Assembly (NCBI GenBank): GCA_051294905.1
Contig: CM119377.1
Location: forward strand, 8,060,001-8,124,000
Source of the DNA: Botryllus schlosseri
Taxonomy: Eukaryota
Length of the DNA stretch: 64,000 bases
Direction: 5' to 3'
This document shows positions 37,216-51,100 of the stretch, piece after piece. Position numbers and translations under genes: made by a program. The notes beneath the pieces were generated by a model, which saw only the letters and a program-made list of their open reading frames with translations, had not been told where the DNA came from and did not search any database. The first letter of the stretch is position 1; every line of letters starts with the position of its first letter.

Positions 37216-37707
37216 AGCCGTTGATTTGGGTTTTAGAGCCTTCGGTCGAGTATTAGCTTTCTATACACTTTTAACGAAATAGAGTAAATTTAATGAGTCA
37301 GTTGAAATAGCATTTGATGACACGAGCTATGATAGCATGTTGCGGGCCCAGGGATTAAACCTTAATCCATCCATTTAAAAGATGTTGCAATGTCGTGAAA
37401 TCACTGTTTAAGCAACGGAAGACCATGCTATATGGCGTACTGATTGTTGAATTTTACTTATCCACGCAGCAACTATATCAATACCGCACCCGACTTATCG
37501 TGGCCACCAAGTATTCTAGCAATACCATATTAGGACAGGTGCCGAGATCGAATAGACTGATAGAATCGGGGAAGATGGAACAAAACACATTTATCTTTGT
37601 ACAACCGCGGACTATTTAATCATGTTGAATTTGTCAGTATCGTCAAAACCCTCCCCATGCAGCGATGCGAAGTATCTCGAGGATCTGCGGCGCCGTATCA
37701 TGTCGAG

Positions 37708-38362
37708 CAGGGGTGTCAAACATACGGCCCGCGGGCCGCATCTGGCCCGCCAGACGGTTTTATCCGGCCCGCGAAGCAATTTTCAGTGGATTGAAAAAGT
37801 CGTGTGTTATCGAGCATACTTCTAAAAGCAAATGTTGAGATTTTCAGCAAGAAATACTTAAACAATCCCTCACGACTGTAAATGTAGAGTATGTTCAAGT
37901 TCATAGGCCATAACCATATCCAACATGTGATTTCACTTTAGTCACCATTAGGAACAAGTCGTTCACGTTGACACCCAATTTCTAGAAGGCAAAAAAGTGG
38001 ATACAGAGTTTGTTGCCTGACGCCAGTACACGACTAAAACAAAGGCGAATAGAAATAGGAATACCATATAATCGTGAGAGCCTCATTTTTAGCCATTTAC
38101 AACGCTATTCAACCGCCCGGTCATCGTATTACTGCCATAATTCCATTGTTTGCGAATACCGGTGTAGCTAGTTCAGAACCCCTATGATCCGTAATATAAT
38201 GTAAAATACTGTTATGTGCCAAGACTTGATAATAAAGTATTCAAATTAAAGTCAGAGGCAGGAGTTCGAGGTAATATTTTGGAATCATTTGACTCGTGCG
38301 GTCCGCGAGCAATCTGAAGGTTTGAATCCGGCCCGCGATGCAAGCTGAGTTTGACACCCCTG
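37708..38362. mobile_element. hAT (Charlie/Buster-like) MITE
   Basis: 14 bp perfect TIR CAGGGGTGTCAAAC. TSD ATGTCGAG/ATGTAGAG (7/8). GGCCCGCG subterminal repeats. Confidence 0.88.
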
Positions 38363-39463
38363 ATGTAGAGGCAGTAGGCTACAGTTTGGCTTCAAATAAT
38401 GTTATCGTTTCCGGGGTATTGGGCGACACTATATACACCCTCATAATTTTCACATCGTCGGGTCATTCTCTGCCATAAAAAAAACTGTACCGTTATTATG
38501 TTTGCATGTCCAAATGTCATACCTTTGGAATAGGTATTGCGACATCGAAACTGGTCATAAGATGTGAAATTCCGCACTATCCCTAGATTGAGTAAAATAC
38601 ATAAGCCAGTTATCCGACTTCTGGCTGTGATATGTTACCATCTAATATACTATATGGGAGCTTTAATTCATAAACTATACTGAGATATCTCAGACTAGTA
38701 AAAGTTCGCATGCAAGTTTCTACCATAAACAAGTTATGAACAATATAACTATTTAAAATATATTTTATTAAAGCATATATAGGCAAACATATATGCCTTG
38801 TACGTCGTTACTACAGTCCCTCACCATCATAACACTTCACCCAATCTCTGAGGCTTATCTGTCAACGAGTCTCCCATTTTAGATAGTAATCCCAGCCACA
38901 TCCACGGAGCATAATATACAGAGAATGACGAAGCCTTTGTTAGTTGGAAACCGTCGCTCCGGACTTTTTCATGACCTGATATTTGAACAAACCTGTCGAC
39001 AAATATTTGGGCTCTTCGACTCGGTACCAAGTGGTTGCTCACATTTTTTACGCATGAACTTACAATAAGTTGGAAGAATATGCGGTGCTAGAGGTTGCCG
39101 TGTAGGGAAAGTGCATAATCACAGGGCCAAGTTGCTTGACGAACACCCTGGCTATGGCGAAATATAAATCCATGATATTCGCGTTAAGTGGAAAAGGGCG
39201 ACATCAATTCCACACGCATATGTGTAATTTGTACTTCTAAATACAACTTCAATTCGAAAACAATCCCCAACAGGATGCAGTTCGTTTTAAACACGCCTTC
39301 GCGTCGTTTTTCTTCAATATCCTGTAGATATGAACTCCGGATGTTTGGCTGTCAACAAATCTCGGAAACCTATTTGCATCAGTGCATATTTAACTCACTG
39401 TATTGTGCTACAACAGCTACGTGATACCCAAACGCCAGCAGTATCAAGTTATAGGAAGCAATC

Positions 39464-40990
39464 ATGTGTTTTAAATATAGTATATCTATGCGAATATTGC
39501 TGCTATGTGTGTTAGCGAACGCAAGATCCAGCTCAATACAGCGTCCCGTTACTAAGCGGTTTATAAATGCTGCTAAATTCGCACGACGAGCCGGATATAG
39601 CCACGCACATCGCTATGATAGGTGGACAGAGCAGAAATTGAACCACTACGATCCTTTTGACAAGCGGACATGGATGCAAAGGTACCGATTGGTGGATGAC
39701 TATTATGTCACTGGTGGGCCAGCTATTTTACTCCTCAACGGAGAGACAGATCTAGCTCACGTGAGTCCTGAAAGTAGCAGCCTTGTCATGCGCATAACGA
39801 GAGAAAGCAGAGGTCAGCTGTTTCACTTGGAACATCGCTTTTATGGGAAGAGCAGACCGACGGCAGATACCGGAACAGACAATTTAAGATACCTAACAAG
39901 CGAACAGGCTCTTGGGGACATCGCGAACTTCATCGACATCATATCGAAAAAGTCGAAATTGACGAAATGGATTCTATGCGGCTCGTCATACGCAGGCTCG
40001 TTGGCAGTATGGGCTAAAATGAAATACCCGCACCTAGTGTTCGCTGTCATTGCAGCAAGCCCGCCTTTGGTTGCAGAGCCGTTTTTCACACAATACATCC
40101 TATCCGTGAACCAGACTCTCTACAAATATGGAGGGAGTGGCTGCTATAGAGCTTTGGTTAATGCAAACAAGCAAATAGAGAACTTGATGAAAACAAATAC
40201 AGGCAAGCGGCAGTTAATGCGCTACTTCAATATATGCCCGAACACCGACCTTACTGGGGACGATATGTGGATATTTAACGGAGTAATGAACAATTATATT
40301 GATAACATAGTACAATACAGTAAACGCAACTCTTTACAAAAAGAACCGGACAGAGTTTACGTCACTCTTGACGAAATGTGTGATATAATGGATGCGGTTT
40401 CAATCGGATGGGAAATTGAGCGATTTGCTTCGCTGGTCAGTACGAAGAGAAATTCATCGTCCTGTTTGAATGTTAATTATGGCAGCTTTATAAAACATTT
40501 CACCAACGTAACCTGGTCCCAGTCTTCTTTTACACGGAATTGGTACTTTCAGAGCTGTTCTGAGTTCGGTTGGTTTCAAACTGCCCGCGGAATGGAGGCG
40601 TTTCGAAACGTTCCAGAAAGTTTCCCTAGCTCAATTTGCTATAGAATGTTTGATCGCAAATTTCAATTTAGCGATATGTATGTCGATACGGGGATTACTA
40701 ACACAAAATTTGGTGGCCTTGCAGCCATACGTAACTTAAAAAGGACCGTGATATCTAATGGTGGAATCGACCCCTGGCATTTGCTATCGTACTGGACACC
40801 CACAGTCAACCTAACAAATTGCGCCCGGTTTAATGCAGAAGTTCGAATCACTGACAGCTTGGGACTCAATAGCATTTTTGTAGAAGGAAGCTCCCATGCA
40901 GAAGTAATGGGAAGGGACTTACAAAAAGATACATTCGAGCTGCTGTGTTCTCGAAGAGCGATTTTGCGACTGGTTGACTCGTGGCTTTAG
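39464..40990 (+). CDS. Intronless secreted S28-family serine peptidase (PRSS16 / K12H4.7-like), 508 aa
   Basis: Single ORF with a signal-peptide-like N-terminus. S28 motifs: QKLNHYD..TWMQRY, LEHRFYGKSRP, LRYLTSEQALGDIANF, GSSYAG (Ser at 39986-39988), WYFQSCSEFGWFQT, NGGIDPW (Asp) and GSSH (His). The start may be the second Met (39488). Confidence 0.93.
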   Translation: MCFKYSISMRILLLCVLANARSSSIQRPVTKRFINAAKFARRAGYSHAHRYDRWTEQKLNHYDPFDKRTWMQRYRLVDDYYVTGGPAILLLNGETDLAHVSPESSSLVMRITRESRGQLFHLEHRFYGKSRPTADTGTDNLRYLTSEQALGDIANFIDIISKKSKLTKWILCGSSYAGSLAVWAKMKYPHLVFAVIAASPPLVAEPFFTQYILSVNQTLYKYGGSGCYRALVNANKQIENLMKTNTGKRQLMRYFNICPNTDLTGDDMWIFNGVMNNYIDNIVQYSKRNSLQKEPDRVYVTLDEMCDIMDAVSIGWEIERFASLVSTKRNSSSCLNVNYGSFIKHFTNVTWSQSSFTRNWYFQSCSEFGWFQTARGMEAFRNVPESFPSSICYRMFDRKFQFSDMYVDTGITNTKFGGLAAIRNLKRTVISNGGIDPWHLLSYWTPTVNLTNCARFNAEVRITDSLGLNSIFVEGSSHAEVMGRDLQKDTFELLCSRRAILRLVDSWL

Positions 40991-42143
40991 ACAGGCAAGT
41001 CCAATATAGCGAATACAGTGCATTACGGCGTCACAGCTTCCTTATTCTGTCACTGTCGCAGTGAAAGTCCCCAAGTTGCCCAACTCGACAGGCAGCGGAA
41101 CAGAAAGGTTCGCCAGTCACGTGGAAAACTTTTATGTAATGTCCTGTAAAACCCATAACCTTTTTTATCTGATTCACCTAATCCTCTATAAAATTGTATA
41201 GATCTATTTATTTACTTTATATATATGTATATTGTATAATACTGATGAAAATTTGAAATGGATGAGGGTTCATTATCACTTCAATCGTTCCCGCACCATG
41301 ATATTATGGAAGCTATTGTCTCATCTATAAGCAGAGCTGTGCTCTGTTACAGCTTTGCTGCAACTTCTAGTAACACTTTTCCGTAAGCTTTTCATCGGTT
41401 TACGGCCAGCACTTCCTTTTATTTCAATAAAGAACATATTCTATTGCATTTGTTGGTTTCAAAATATAAGCGGGCCAGCGAGAAACAGAGATTTCGTAGA
41501 CGCAGTGCATCTGAGCGAAATCCAGTTACTTGAGAAATTCGCATTTTGATGCATCTGTAGCAACTGTGAGATAATCACTAATCAACTCACTGCGCACACA
41601 CGAGGATAATGTAACAGGGGGGCAATTTCAAAGTTCAAATATTTATTGCAGAAATAGACAACAGAAATCGACGGACGTGCATACAAATGCTCACACGAAT
41701 TTACAAGTATAACGAAACAAAATAGGCAAATAGGTTGATTAGTATGCGTTAACACAACCTCCGATCGAATTAGGAATGCAGCGATAGACCATACTAGCCA
41801 CAGAGAGATCGCTATAAATCTCTTGGCTCCAGAGGAAGTCTTAATAAAACTTGAAAAACGACGAGAAAATGTATCATAAATATATGTAAAATTGTTCTCC
41901 GGTTCCTGACCGGAGAGGCAGTGTCAACAGGAATAAAAGTATTCATAGTCATAGGCGTGGCTTTTTACGAAGCGTAGATATCATGAAATTGTGACGTAAT
42001 TGCCCAGGCGTCCGCGTTTTTTCGGTAATACCATCTGCAAATACGCAGCAGTCTCGCATTGAGTATCGTCATACGCTCACGGAAAGTTTATTTTGCTTGG
42101 GAAGTCTCTTGGTAGCCTCCATTCTTTATAGGCCACGATTCCT

Positions 42144-45100
42144 TCAGCTGATCAAGCGTTCGGCGTGTCCGGATTTATTTTTGATTATGAACTTGATTTC
42201 ACGATCAGCTTTCTGCAATGGAGAAGTCAATTTTAACGAGAGGTCCGGCTTGTTGAATTCCCATTTAGAGAAATTCTAGTACATGAAAACCGGTAATATT
42301 GAAACAACATTTAAGTAACTATTCTTCCATACTGCATATATGGAGACTGGGAAATTATTGAATAGAAATGCACTGCCGCAAAGTCATCATCACATCTCAA
42401 CCAACGATTTATCGAAACTGCACTGTGCGGTGAGAGCTCAGTACAATTATAGCCATATCACTGTATTCTCATAGATCTGGTATATGTATGCGTACGCGTT
42501 TATGCGTATAACACTATACATTATACCGATCGTCATTATTTCGCACTTTCCTATGCATCGCTGTTTCATAATAACAGTGGAGGTGCTGAGCAGATCTTAC
42601 CTCAAACTTGGTAATAAATTCTCCGAAGATAGTGAAGAAAGGTTGCATTCCCACACCCTTGCCGTTCTCGCCGAAGTACTTCGCCGTCTTGTTGAATTCC
42701 TTTGTCGTGTTTGCGAGGAGCAATTCCAAATTTTTCAGAGACCCGTTACTCTCAACCAAAAATGATTCCATCGCTTGCCTGCCGTGACAAAGACGTTTTG
42801 CTTATATGGAATTAAGAGGGAGTTCGTAGCTAATCGATGATTGCAAGACTTGGGGTCAGTGTTTATCATCAAATCGTAATGAAATCGAAATCAGTCTGAT
42901 GGCCGAAATCAGTCTGATGGCCGAAATCAGTCTTATTTCTGATGTATATAGGTAAAGATAATCGCCTACTCCGTTGCATATTACACATCCATAGAATAGC
43001 GTGATTAAATCGCGAGTTCATCTCTAAATCGATGACAATGATATCTGGGAACTATAATCCTCAAATACAGCTTATCATATGATTATTATTATCGAATATT
43101 TTGTCGGGTACCCTCTTGCAGATTATATATTCATGCTAGCATATGGGCAATGCGTTCACAGGAATGACCCACTAATGAGAAATGACGGGGACAGTTAGCT
43201 AAATCCCATCGCAAAATACGGAAAATAAACGGGACAATTAGCAAAATACTCATGTCGCATTATAATGGAATATACCATGCAAAAACTTGGCTAGAACTAG
43301 GCCCAGAATCGGTACTCGCGAAACACATCAGACGGGGATTATACAAGATAACACGGAGACAATATTCCATTAAGAGTGAACTGATGCGTTTACAAAATTG
43401 AAGTTGATTGAAAGTTCTGATAGATTATTCAACATTTCCGTCAGATTACATGTAGATCATGATATCAGCATTTGACGTTGATCGAACATCGCTGGCATGT
43501 CACACCGCTTCGTATCTCGCACGCCAGACGGGAACGATTGCAAAAACGTGAAGCGGATCATTAGTGGGCCATAGATTTTTATCAGACGTGACGACACCTA
43601 TACCCGATGGAAAGGTGAGATTAGGGTAACTGCGTCAAATGAGCTTATGATATATCTTATCCTTGTTTGCAGTATAGTACGTGAAATCTAATGCGCCGTA
43701 GGCAAACGCGAGATCAACCAATCGTTTAAAAAGCGCCGCTTATTAATGGCGATATTTCAAGTTTAAAGCTTTACTAAATCATCCCGTAGGAATTTGTGAT
43801 GATATCACTTACTTGAATCGATCTCCCCTGACTTGTTTTGTAAGAGCTTCCGGCATCCGGTCGCGTATTTCAACCCATTCTGCTCGCATCTCTTTCAATT
43901 CTTGGAATACAGCCGGGTACACGACTGTAAAGCGGAAGGGGATGTTTTATATTATATTGGTAATTTTCGACAAAATGTTTAAATGGAACTTCAAAGTCTA
44001 TATCAATGAAGTGGTGATATCTTGAAAGGAAAGTTCACCTTAAAGAGCTATACATATATACATAGAGGCATATGTGGGGTTTATTGTGGTGCTATCTGAA
44101 TTAGCAAAATGTCTTAATCGGTAATCTATAAATAAGGATTGCTCAACTGTAAATCGAGTTCGTGAAGGTTCGAGGTAACGAAGATCTATTTCGACTTTTT
44201 GGAAGTTGACAGCAGAAAATGACCTCGTTACTTATTATGAACAATTCATTTGAAAGCGGGAAATATCTGACGCCCAAAACTGCCAGTACAAGCGTCTGGG
44301 AAATCGGCAGAACCATAGATCGTCACGGTTGACCTGATCCCGAAGCTATGCGTAATCCCTTCTCGCGTTACCGATCTCATGTTGGCATCGTCATATTTCC
44401 GAGGTCGTATCGGATAACTAAGGAATTTTGTTCTTTTCTAAACCCTACTCCTCGATAATTATCATTGTACAAGTGATTTTTATCGTGCACTTTGGTCGCA
44501 TTCATGGGGATTGGATATTTTAGGACGAATTCGATTGCAGGAAGCCCAACTTTACGATCCAAGTTAACGCATAATACACATGTTTTCAATGTCCATGTCG
44601 GTGCCGTGTAACGCACTGAAGTTATACTTAGACGCGGAAAAGGTGAGATGCTAACCTTTAGCGGCTGGACGCACATCTTTCAAATCATCTACGAAGTTAC
44701 TGAGTTCTGGGAATTTCGAGTACATCGCTCTTGCCAATATATGCAAAAAAGTCAGTTTGTTATCGCTGGTCTTCGTAGAATCCATCTGTAACGGCGACGA
44801 ACGATGAAGGAACATTCCAGGTACTTACACACAGTGTGTTGATACTTACGTCCGCGAGAAATTGGATCTTAAATCCCGTCGCTTTTGCGATTCTATTGTT
44901 TCCACGGTTCATGTAATTTCCCATTGCAAGCACGAATTCGAGTACCTTTGCGAGATTCTTGCTTTTACGCAACTGCAGCGACGCATGTTGAAGGCATTCG
45001 AGATTCTACAGAAGTATTCGCGTTATCAATGAAGACATTATTTTGGATTGTCACAGATTTCTGGGAGATTTTAGAGACAAACTTTATTAGTCTTATTGAG

Positions 45101-48100
45101 GAACGAAATCATGAGCCATGAACTTTGTTCGGTCGCAATTCTAATATTCGTCTTGAACTTTTTATGCCCATGCGTATTGACGTTGCTAATGACACGTATA
45201 CAATGCTCCTCCAATGCATCAATCAATCTCACCAACCAAGCGATGAAGGTGGGATTTGGTAAGTCCACAGTGCGATCCATATCGATCTTAATAATATTCT
45301 ATTTTGGGACAGAGCAAAACGGCGACTTGTTGAGATCTGTCATGATACGCAAGTAATTGTCAATAGTGGATATCAATTTACACGATAGCGTGTCTGGTGT
45401 CTACCTTACTTTTCGAGTCGATTTTGAATGATAAAACAACAATATCGGCCTTAGCACACCAATATTGGATCTAGCCTGTAGCTCATTATGTCAGTCGCTG
45501 AAGAGGCGCGAAATCACGTGAAATATGTACTACGATTTCAAATGGAAGAAGCCTACAACAGTGACTATGTAATATTCTGCATTTCACAGAGAATTTGATA
45601 ACAGTCAATTAGGTTGCATCAAATGTGTGTATACCATTAATTCAGACGGGGTCCCGATTTATAGCATACATACCTTTCGCACATCCTCCACTCGATCACT
45701 GAATCCTTGCTTGTACATTAGAGATTTCAGTCGGAGTCTGTATCCTGGTATCGTGACCATCTGAATGTAGAAATTAAGAATTACGATGCAATTCAACCTG
45801 ATGTTTATTTTCACATATCTTTTGATCTCATTTTAACGCCACAGAGAATACCCTACGAAGATAGTTAATTTCAAAGCAACCACTTCTGTAAGAGTCTAAT
45901 GTAACAGTTATGCGAGTAATTTTGTTTGGTTTAATGATATCGTGAGTTGAAACTTTTCTTCCGTGAGTCACCCGGTCGTCTACATTAGGGTTGTCCATAA
46001 TTTGGGAAATCTTACAAATCCTCGCTTGTAATGTCTTATTCGATAGATTATTGATAAAAAACGACACTGAGCCTGAAAGAAGCTCACAGAAAGGCCGTTA
46101 AGATTTCGTGCAAAGCGTTTGAAAGTAGCTGCCGAAGAATGGGCGTGCCACCGACCATAGCCGTGGTTTCTTGATTACTAGTCTTCTCGCCGTTATATGG
46201 TCGGTGGCACGCCCATTCTTCGGCAGCTACTTTCAAACGCTTTGCACGAAATCTTAACGGCCTTTCTGTGAGCTTCTTTCAGGCTCAGTGTCGTTTTTTA
46301 TCAATAATCTATGGAATAAGACATTACAACCGAGGATTTGTAAGATTTTCCAAATTATGGACAACCCTAGTCTACATATTTCGTGTCTAACGTAAACCGC
46401 ACGGCATCGTTTGGGATTCTTATACGCCATCTCATACGAAACGTTGGATAAACGCAAAATATCTACAATTCCATACTTCATAGCTAGAGTGTCATTTAAT
46501 CATTTTTCATTTGTCATTACTCGATAGGTACGGATATGCTCAAGTGCACCTATGGACTGGCATGGCTATAGTCAACAATCGAAGTATGCAGACATTAGAG
46601 AAACGTAGAGTTGCAGATATCGACTCACCGGGGCCTACAAAATCGTAGGCCCCCGCCACACATTCCCAGTTTCAATATCCCTTACAATCCTCAAATTTCA
46701 TCACCTTTCTCGCAAATTGATCAGCTTCGTTTAGCGATCTCGTGTCACCCGAGTACACCAGAAGCTTGGTAGCTTCGTCGTCGTCGGGTGCGTACAGGAG
46801 CATTTGCTTGTATTGGGACGAGTCCAGCCTTTGGTTGTTGCTCGACAGCAGAATACCTCGTAGCTGACTCACAGTCATTTTTAAATGCGCCAACAGAATC
46901 GCTGAAAGACACAAGAAACGGTAATTGAGGCATGGAGCAGTAAAACCGAGGTAAGGCTCGTTGTCGATGCACGTATATGGTTTTATCTTTGTGGACAGTG
47001 CCATGCGCAGCTTTGAGCATATATTTGTATCTGGGCGAAGAGGATTTGAAGATTTTGCCCGGAGTGTCGCATCAGATTCCGATTTACAATCTTTTGAAAA
47101 CTGGATTCGTATTTGGACCTCGAATTTTTAGTAAATCTCCAATTTCCATACGACTAATTTGTGCAATTGCAGTAACAAAGCTTGTATTCGGACACGATGA
47201 GAAATAATAATACAATTTGGATCTGATATTCTAATCTGAAAAAGTCAAATACCCTCGTTTCTGTAATAGCCTACACGTTTACTCCGATGTTGCTATCGCT
47301 GATTTGATAACTTCAAGCTCTCCATTCCAATGGCCCGTGTGACCCCGCATACCGAATCTATCTCCCATTCATCACGATTTATTTACGATACACAAGGCAC
47401 CAAGTAACTTATTACAAGACCATCGAGTAGAAGTTTCAACTTACATGTGTTATAAGCCTTTTTGTGCGATAAAATAGAGACAACGTTGCTTCGAACGGGC
47501 AGAGACATTCTTTCTGTAAAGAAAACGACGCGTAAAATGACAGCAACTAATCTACACCTGCCCGTGAAGATAAGTGCGACTACGCGGGCAATATATAACG
47601 CTCAACTCGACATTTAATCATCGACTTACTCAATTCTCTGGATTTTTTCGTTGCGAAATGCTGTTCAAGATCCAAGTACTTGACAACGTCGTTGATAGTA
47701 TCGCGATCGTCGCCTATCTGTCCCCATATCGTGTTGTTCATGTCTGGCAGTTCCAGTTTTCTCCAGTTTATTCTTTTCACGTTTGCGATATTGGGGCTAG
47801 TTGGGGGACCGTTGTTGATGCCTGGTACTGGCGGCGGGGGAGGGGGAGGAGGTGGTGCTAACGGGGGAGGCGGCGGTGGCATCGGAATAGATCCGTCGGT
47901 TAAATGCATGCTGTCAGGCGGTGAACTGTCATCTTCGTCATCAGTATCGGCCAGTAATGAGTTAATGTCAGTAAACGATAAATCCCCTTGTAATATTCCG
48001 TTGCTGGGGTAGTCTTGCGATTTCTTGCGCAGGCGCACAGCGGTTGAATGTTCGGATCTAGGTTCCGCGTACACTACGTCGTCATCGACGTACACAATGT

Positions 48101-51100
48101 TATCGGGCGCGTTGTTATCGGACGATTGTCGACTGTAGGATGGTGTTGACTGATCCTCGATTTTGCCAGCAAAATCGGGGATGTCGTCCACGGGAAACGG
48201 ATTGGTGACTGTTTCTTCGCCGCTTTGTAGGGAATTGATAGCGTCCATGAACTCGGTGTTGGGGTCCTGCTGTGGATTTGAAGTACGTCGACGTCTCTGA
48301 AATATACGATTGGTATATTAGATTTGAACTGCGTTAGCGTGAACATTAAAACAAAAGTTTACCAGTTCGAAAGACAGTAAAGCGTTATAGAATTAGATGA
48401 ATGGGCTGTTCAGACTGTTACGTTAGGACACATCTGTTTCATTAATCAAGTTCAGTGCTGACCAGTGAAGTCACGCAAATGCAAATTAACTTAGCTTTTA
48501 TCTGGCAAATCAACGGACACGTATTTTCTGTATGCATCAGTCATCAACTCAATGATCTCGCTGCAAACGATGACACCAGCTGAGCTATATAACATAATGT
48601 GATGTAACATGCCTTGATGACTTAATCCAGAGCACATCCTGGACCGTTATCCCTGCTGTATTCATTTGTATAATAATTAATACAATTTCAATGACACCAC
48701 CCTGCAAGATTCACGACAAGTGGAATTGAAAATGGAGTACAGAATATTTACTTCCGCGAGCTGTAACGGGATGAAGGTGACAGCAAACTAGTTATAAACA
48801 GACGTAAGATATCACCAGATAAAAGTCTTACCCTTGCTCGACTGGATGTCTCGATTTCCTGGGCAGGCGAATTGCGATCCTTGACCTGTTCGTTTTGAGA
48901 CGCCTGCAACGACGCCAGGTAGTTTTCGCTGACTTTTGATGACGGCAGAGGGTCGACTTCGGGATGATTACGTCTCGTGAATCTCGTGTTAGGCGGGAAC
49001 GATGTTTGTGCCTGGTCAGCGTTGGTTTGCGTGTTTTGCCTGCGTCTTCGAGTGCGTGTGCGGACTACGGGAACTTGGTATATATCATCGTCCGCGTTTT
49101 GGGTGCTTGGTTCTTGTTGCTTGTGCGAAGTTACTTCTACCGGCTGCGGAGAAGTCTGGTCGTTGACAAGGGTGTTATTGTTGGATTGGTCGTCTTGCGT
49201 TAAGCTCGCGAACGCCTGTCGCCTGCGCTTCTTTCTGCTTTGCCTCTCTCTTTCCCATTCTAGTTCCCGATCGCGGTATTCGTAATGCACAGGCGGGGGT
49301 GGCGCCGGCGTTTCCTTCGTTTCGTCGTCACTGTCGAATGTCAAAGGAAAAGGCGGGATTTCATCCTTTTTGTCTTCGATGTCGCTGAGATTCAACTCGC
49401 TCAAGTCGTTTGTGGGCGCGGATTGAAACAAGGAGCCGCTTTCGTTCGGGTCAGCCACGTTACCGTTTGGTAGATAGCTCCATTTCACTCCGTAGTTTTG
49501 CGAGGTAGAGTTGTTGGCTTGCTGTTGCAAGGCTTGCGCTAAATCGTCGAAAATGTTAAAGCCGTCGTCAAACTGCGCGCTGAGTTCAGTCAGAAACGCT
49601 TCGGTGTCGGAATTCTTGGGCGGACGGGAAAACGTAAGCCTTTTCTTCGAGTTTCTCACCATGAAACTCGGATCTGGGGTGGGCGGGTCGTTTAAAAACT
49701 CGCACGGGTCCGGGTATGAGAACTGGTCCTGCGCCGCCGACGACTGTTTGTTCGACACCGGGTTCGGTGAGTTGGCGCTGTTTTTGCTGGCGGATTTATC
49801 CTTGTGTTTGCTGTCCGCGTCTTTTTTGCTGCTTGATTTCTTACCGAAAAGCTTCTTGCTTTTTCCGTCTTCCTTTCCCGACGACTCGGAGTGGCTGGCT
49901 TTGTTTTTCCCCATTCCCATCCTTTCCAGGAAGCCGGGCTTACTGCCCTTTTTGGATTTGGCCTTCTCATCGTTCGAGGACGCTGTGGAATCGTTGGCCG
50001 CGGCCTTCGCGTCGTGGGCGTCTCTGTTTTTCTTCGAAATTCGGAAGCTGGCGCGTAAACCCTTCATTGATAAAGGGGATTTCAGTGACATGTCACTCTC
50101 GTCCTCTGTGGTTTGCTCGCAGCTGCTGTCTTCCTCAGAGCGCGGGCTGGCCCCGTTGTTATTGTTGTTAAAGTTTTCCGATAAATCTGTGTGAGGAAAC
50201 GGTCCGTTTAATATACGGTGCCTAACTCAACAATGCAAAGAATTAAAGACTGCTTATGCCGGTAATTCCTTTTCCGCGGAAATCCAGCGTGACCAGCGTA
50301 AAGTTTTACGGAAGTGTTATGCAATTACCCGAAATATCGCATATTACTTACATCCACGAGATCTATGAGGCTAACGATGTTAGTGTATCTTGTATTTAAA
50401 ACTAATAGTGTGAGCTGACGTTGTGAATTGTTTCTTATGAAATCTTTCAACCCTTTCGAATTCAAGAAAAACGTTTGTTTATTATCATGCGGTTCGCATA
50501 TGATGTGAAATCTGGTTGTTTTGAGAAACATATCACTCTCTTTAACTCCCTCTCTTTCTTAAATATGGCGACTTGGCAGTTGCGTGTTGATTCCGCTTTG
50601 TTATCTATTTTATGAGTTATCATTGTCGATTGGCTACTGTTGCCAGATGGTGTGGCCCATGACCTATGACGTAACTATATTCGCAGAACGGGAGGAATAC
50701 GTGGGTGGCTAGGGTCTCTTTTCTGCAAAAAATACCGATGAAAATTTCGCGGTGACTTGGTTTTCATAGGCAAAACCGGAACAACCCGCACCTACCACAA
50801 GCTATGCGAAGACAGGCAACTTGTGGTAATGAGGCAGCACAGGCGTAATTGTGACGTATTGAAAATTATAACTGTATGTGAAATAAGGGAATCATTGTCG
50901 GAAACTATTTCTCGTAAATACTGAATACTGAATATACACGAAGTGGATTATAGCATTGTTACTTTACACTGTTCGTAATCACTATATAATGCAAAATATG
51001 AGTGAATATTACAAGTGAATCAAGTATAAATCATGTCACCTATGCGTGTTCCGCATTTGGCAAAGCCCAACTAATCGCTCCGTTGGACTCATTCACTAAT

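Noticed and set aside
42886-42932. Hammerhead ribozyme (CTGATG..CCGAAA..GTC)
   Set aside because: The core is CUGAUGG, with no stem I or II pairing. It is a simple 18 bp tandem duplication.
48964-50194. Long + strand ORFs 49511-50194, 48977-49285, 49716-50171 (also 58950-59342 and 62444-62860)
   Set aside because: Antisense shadows of the large low-complexity delphilin exons, with no recognisable domains.
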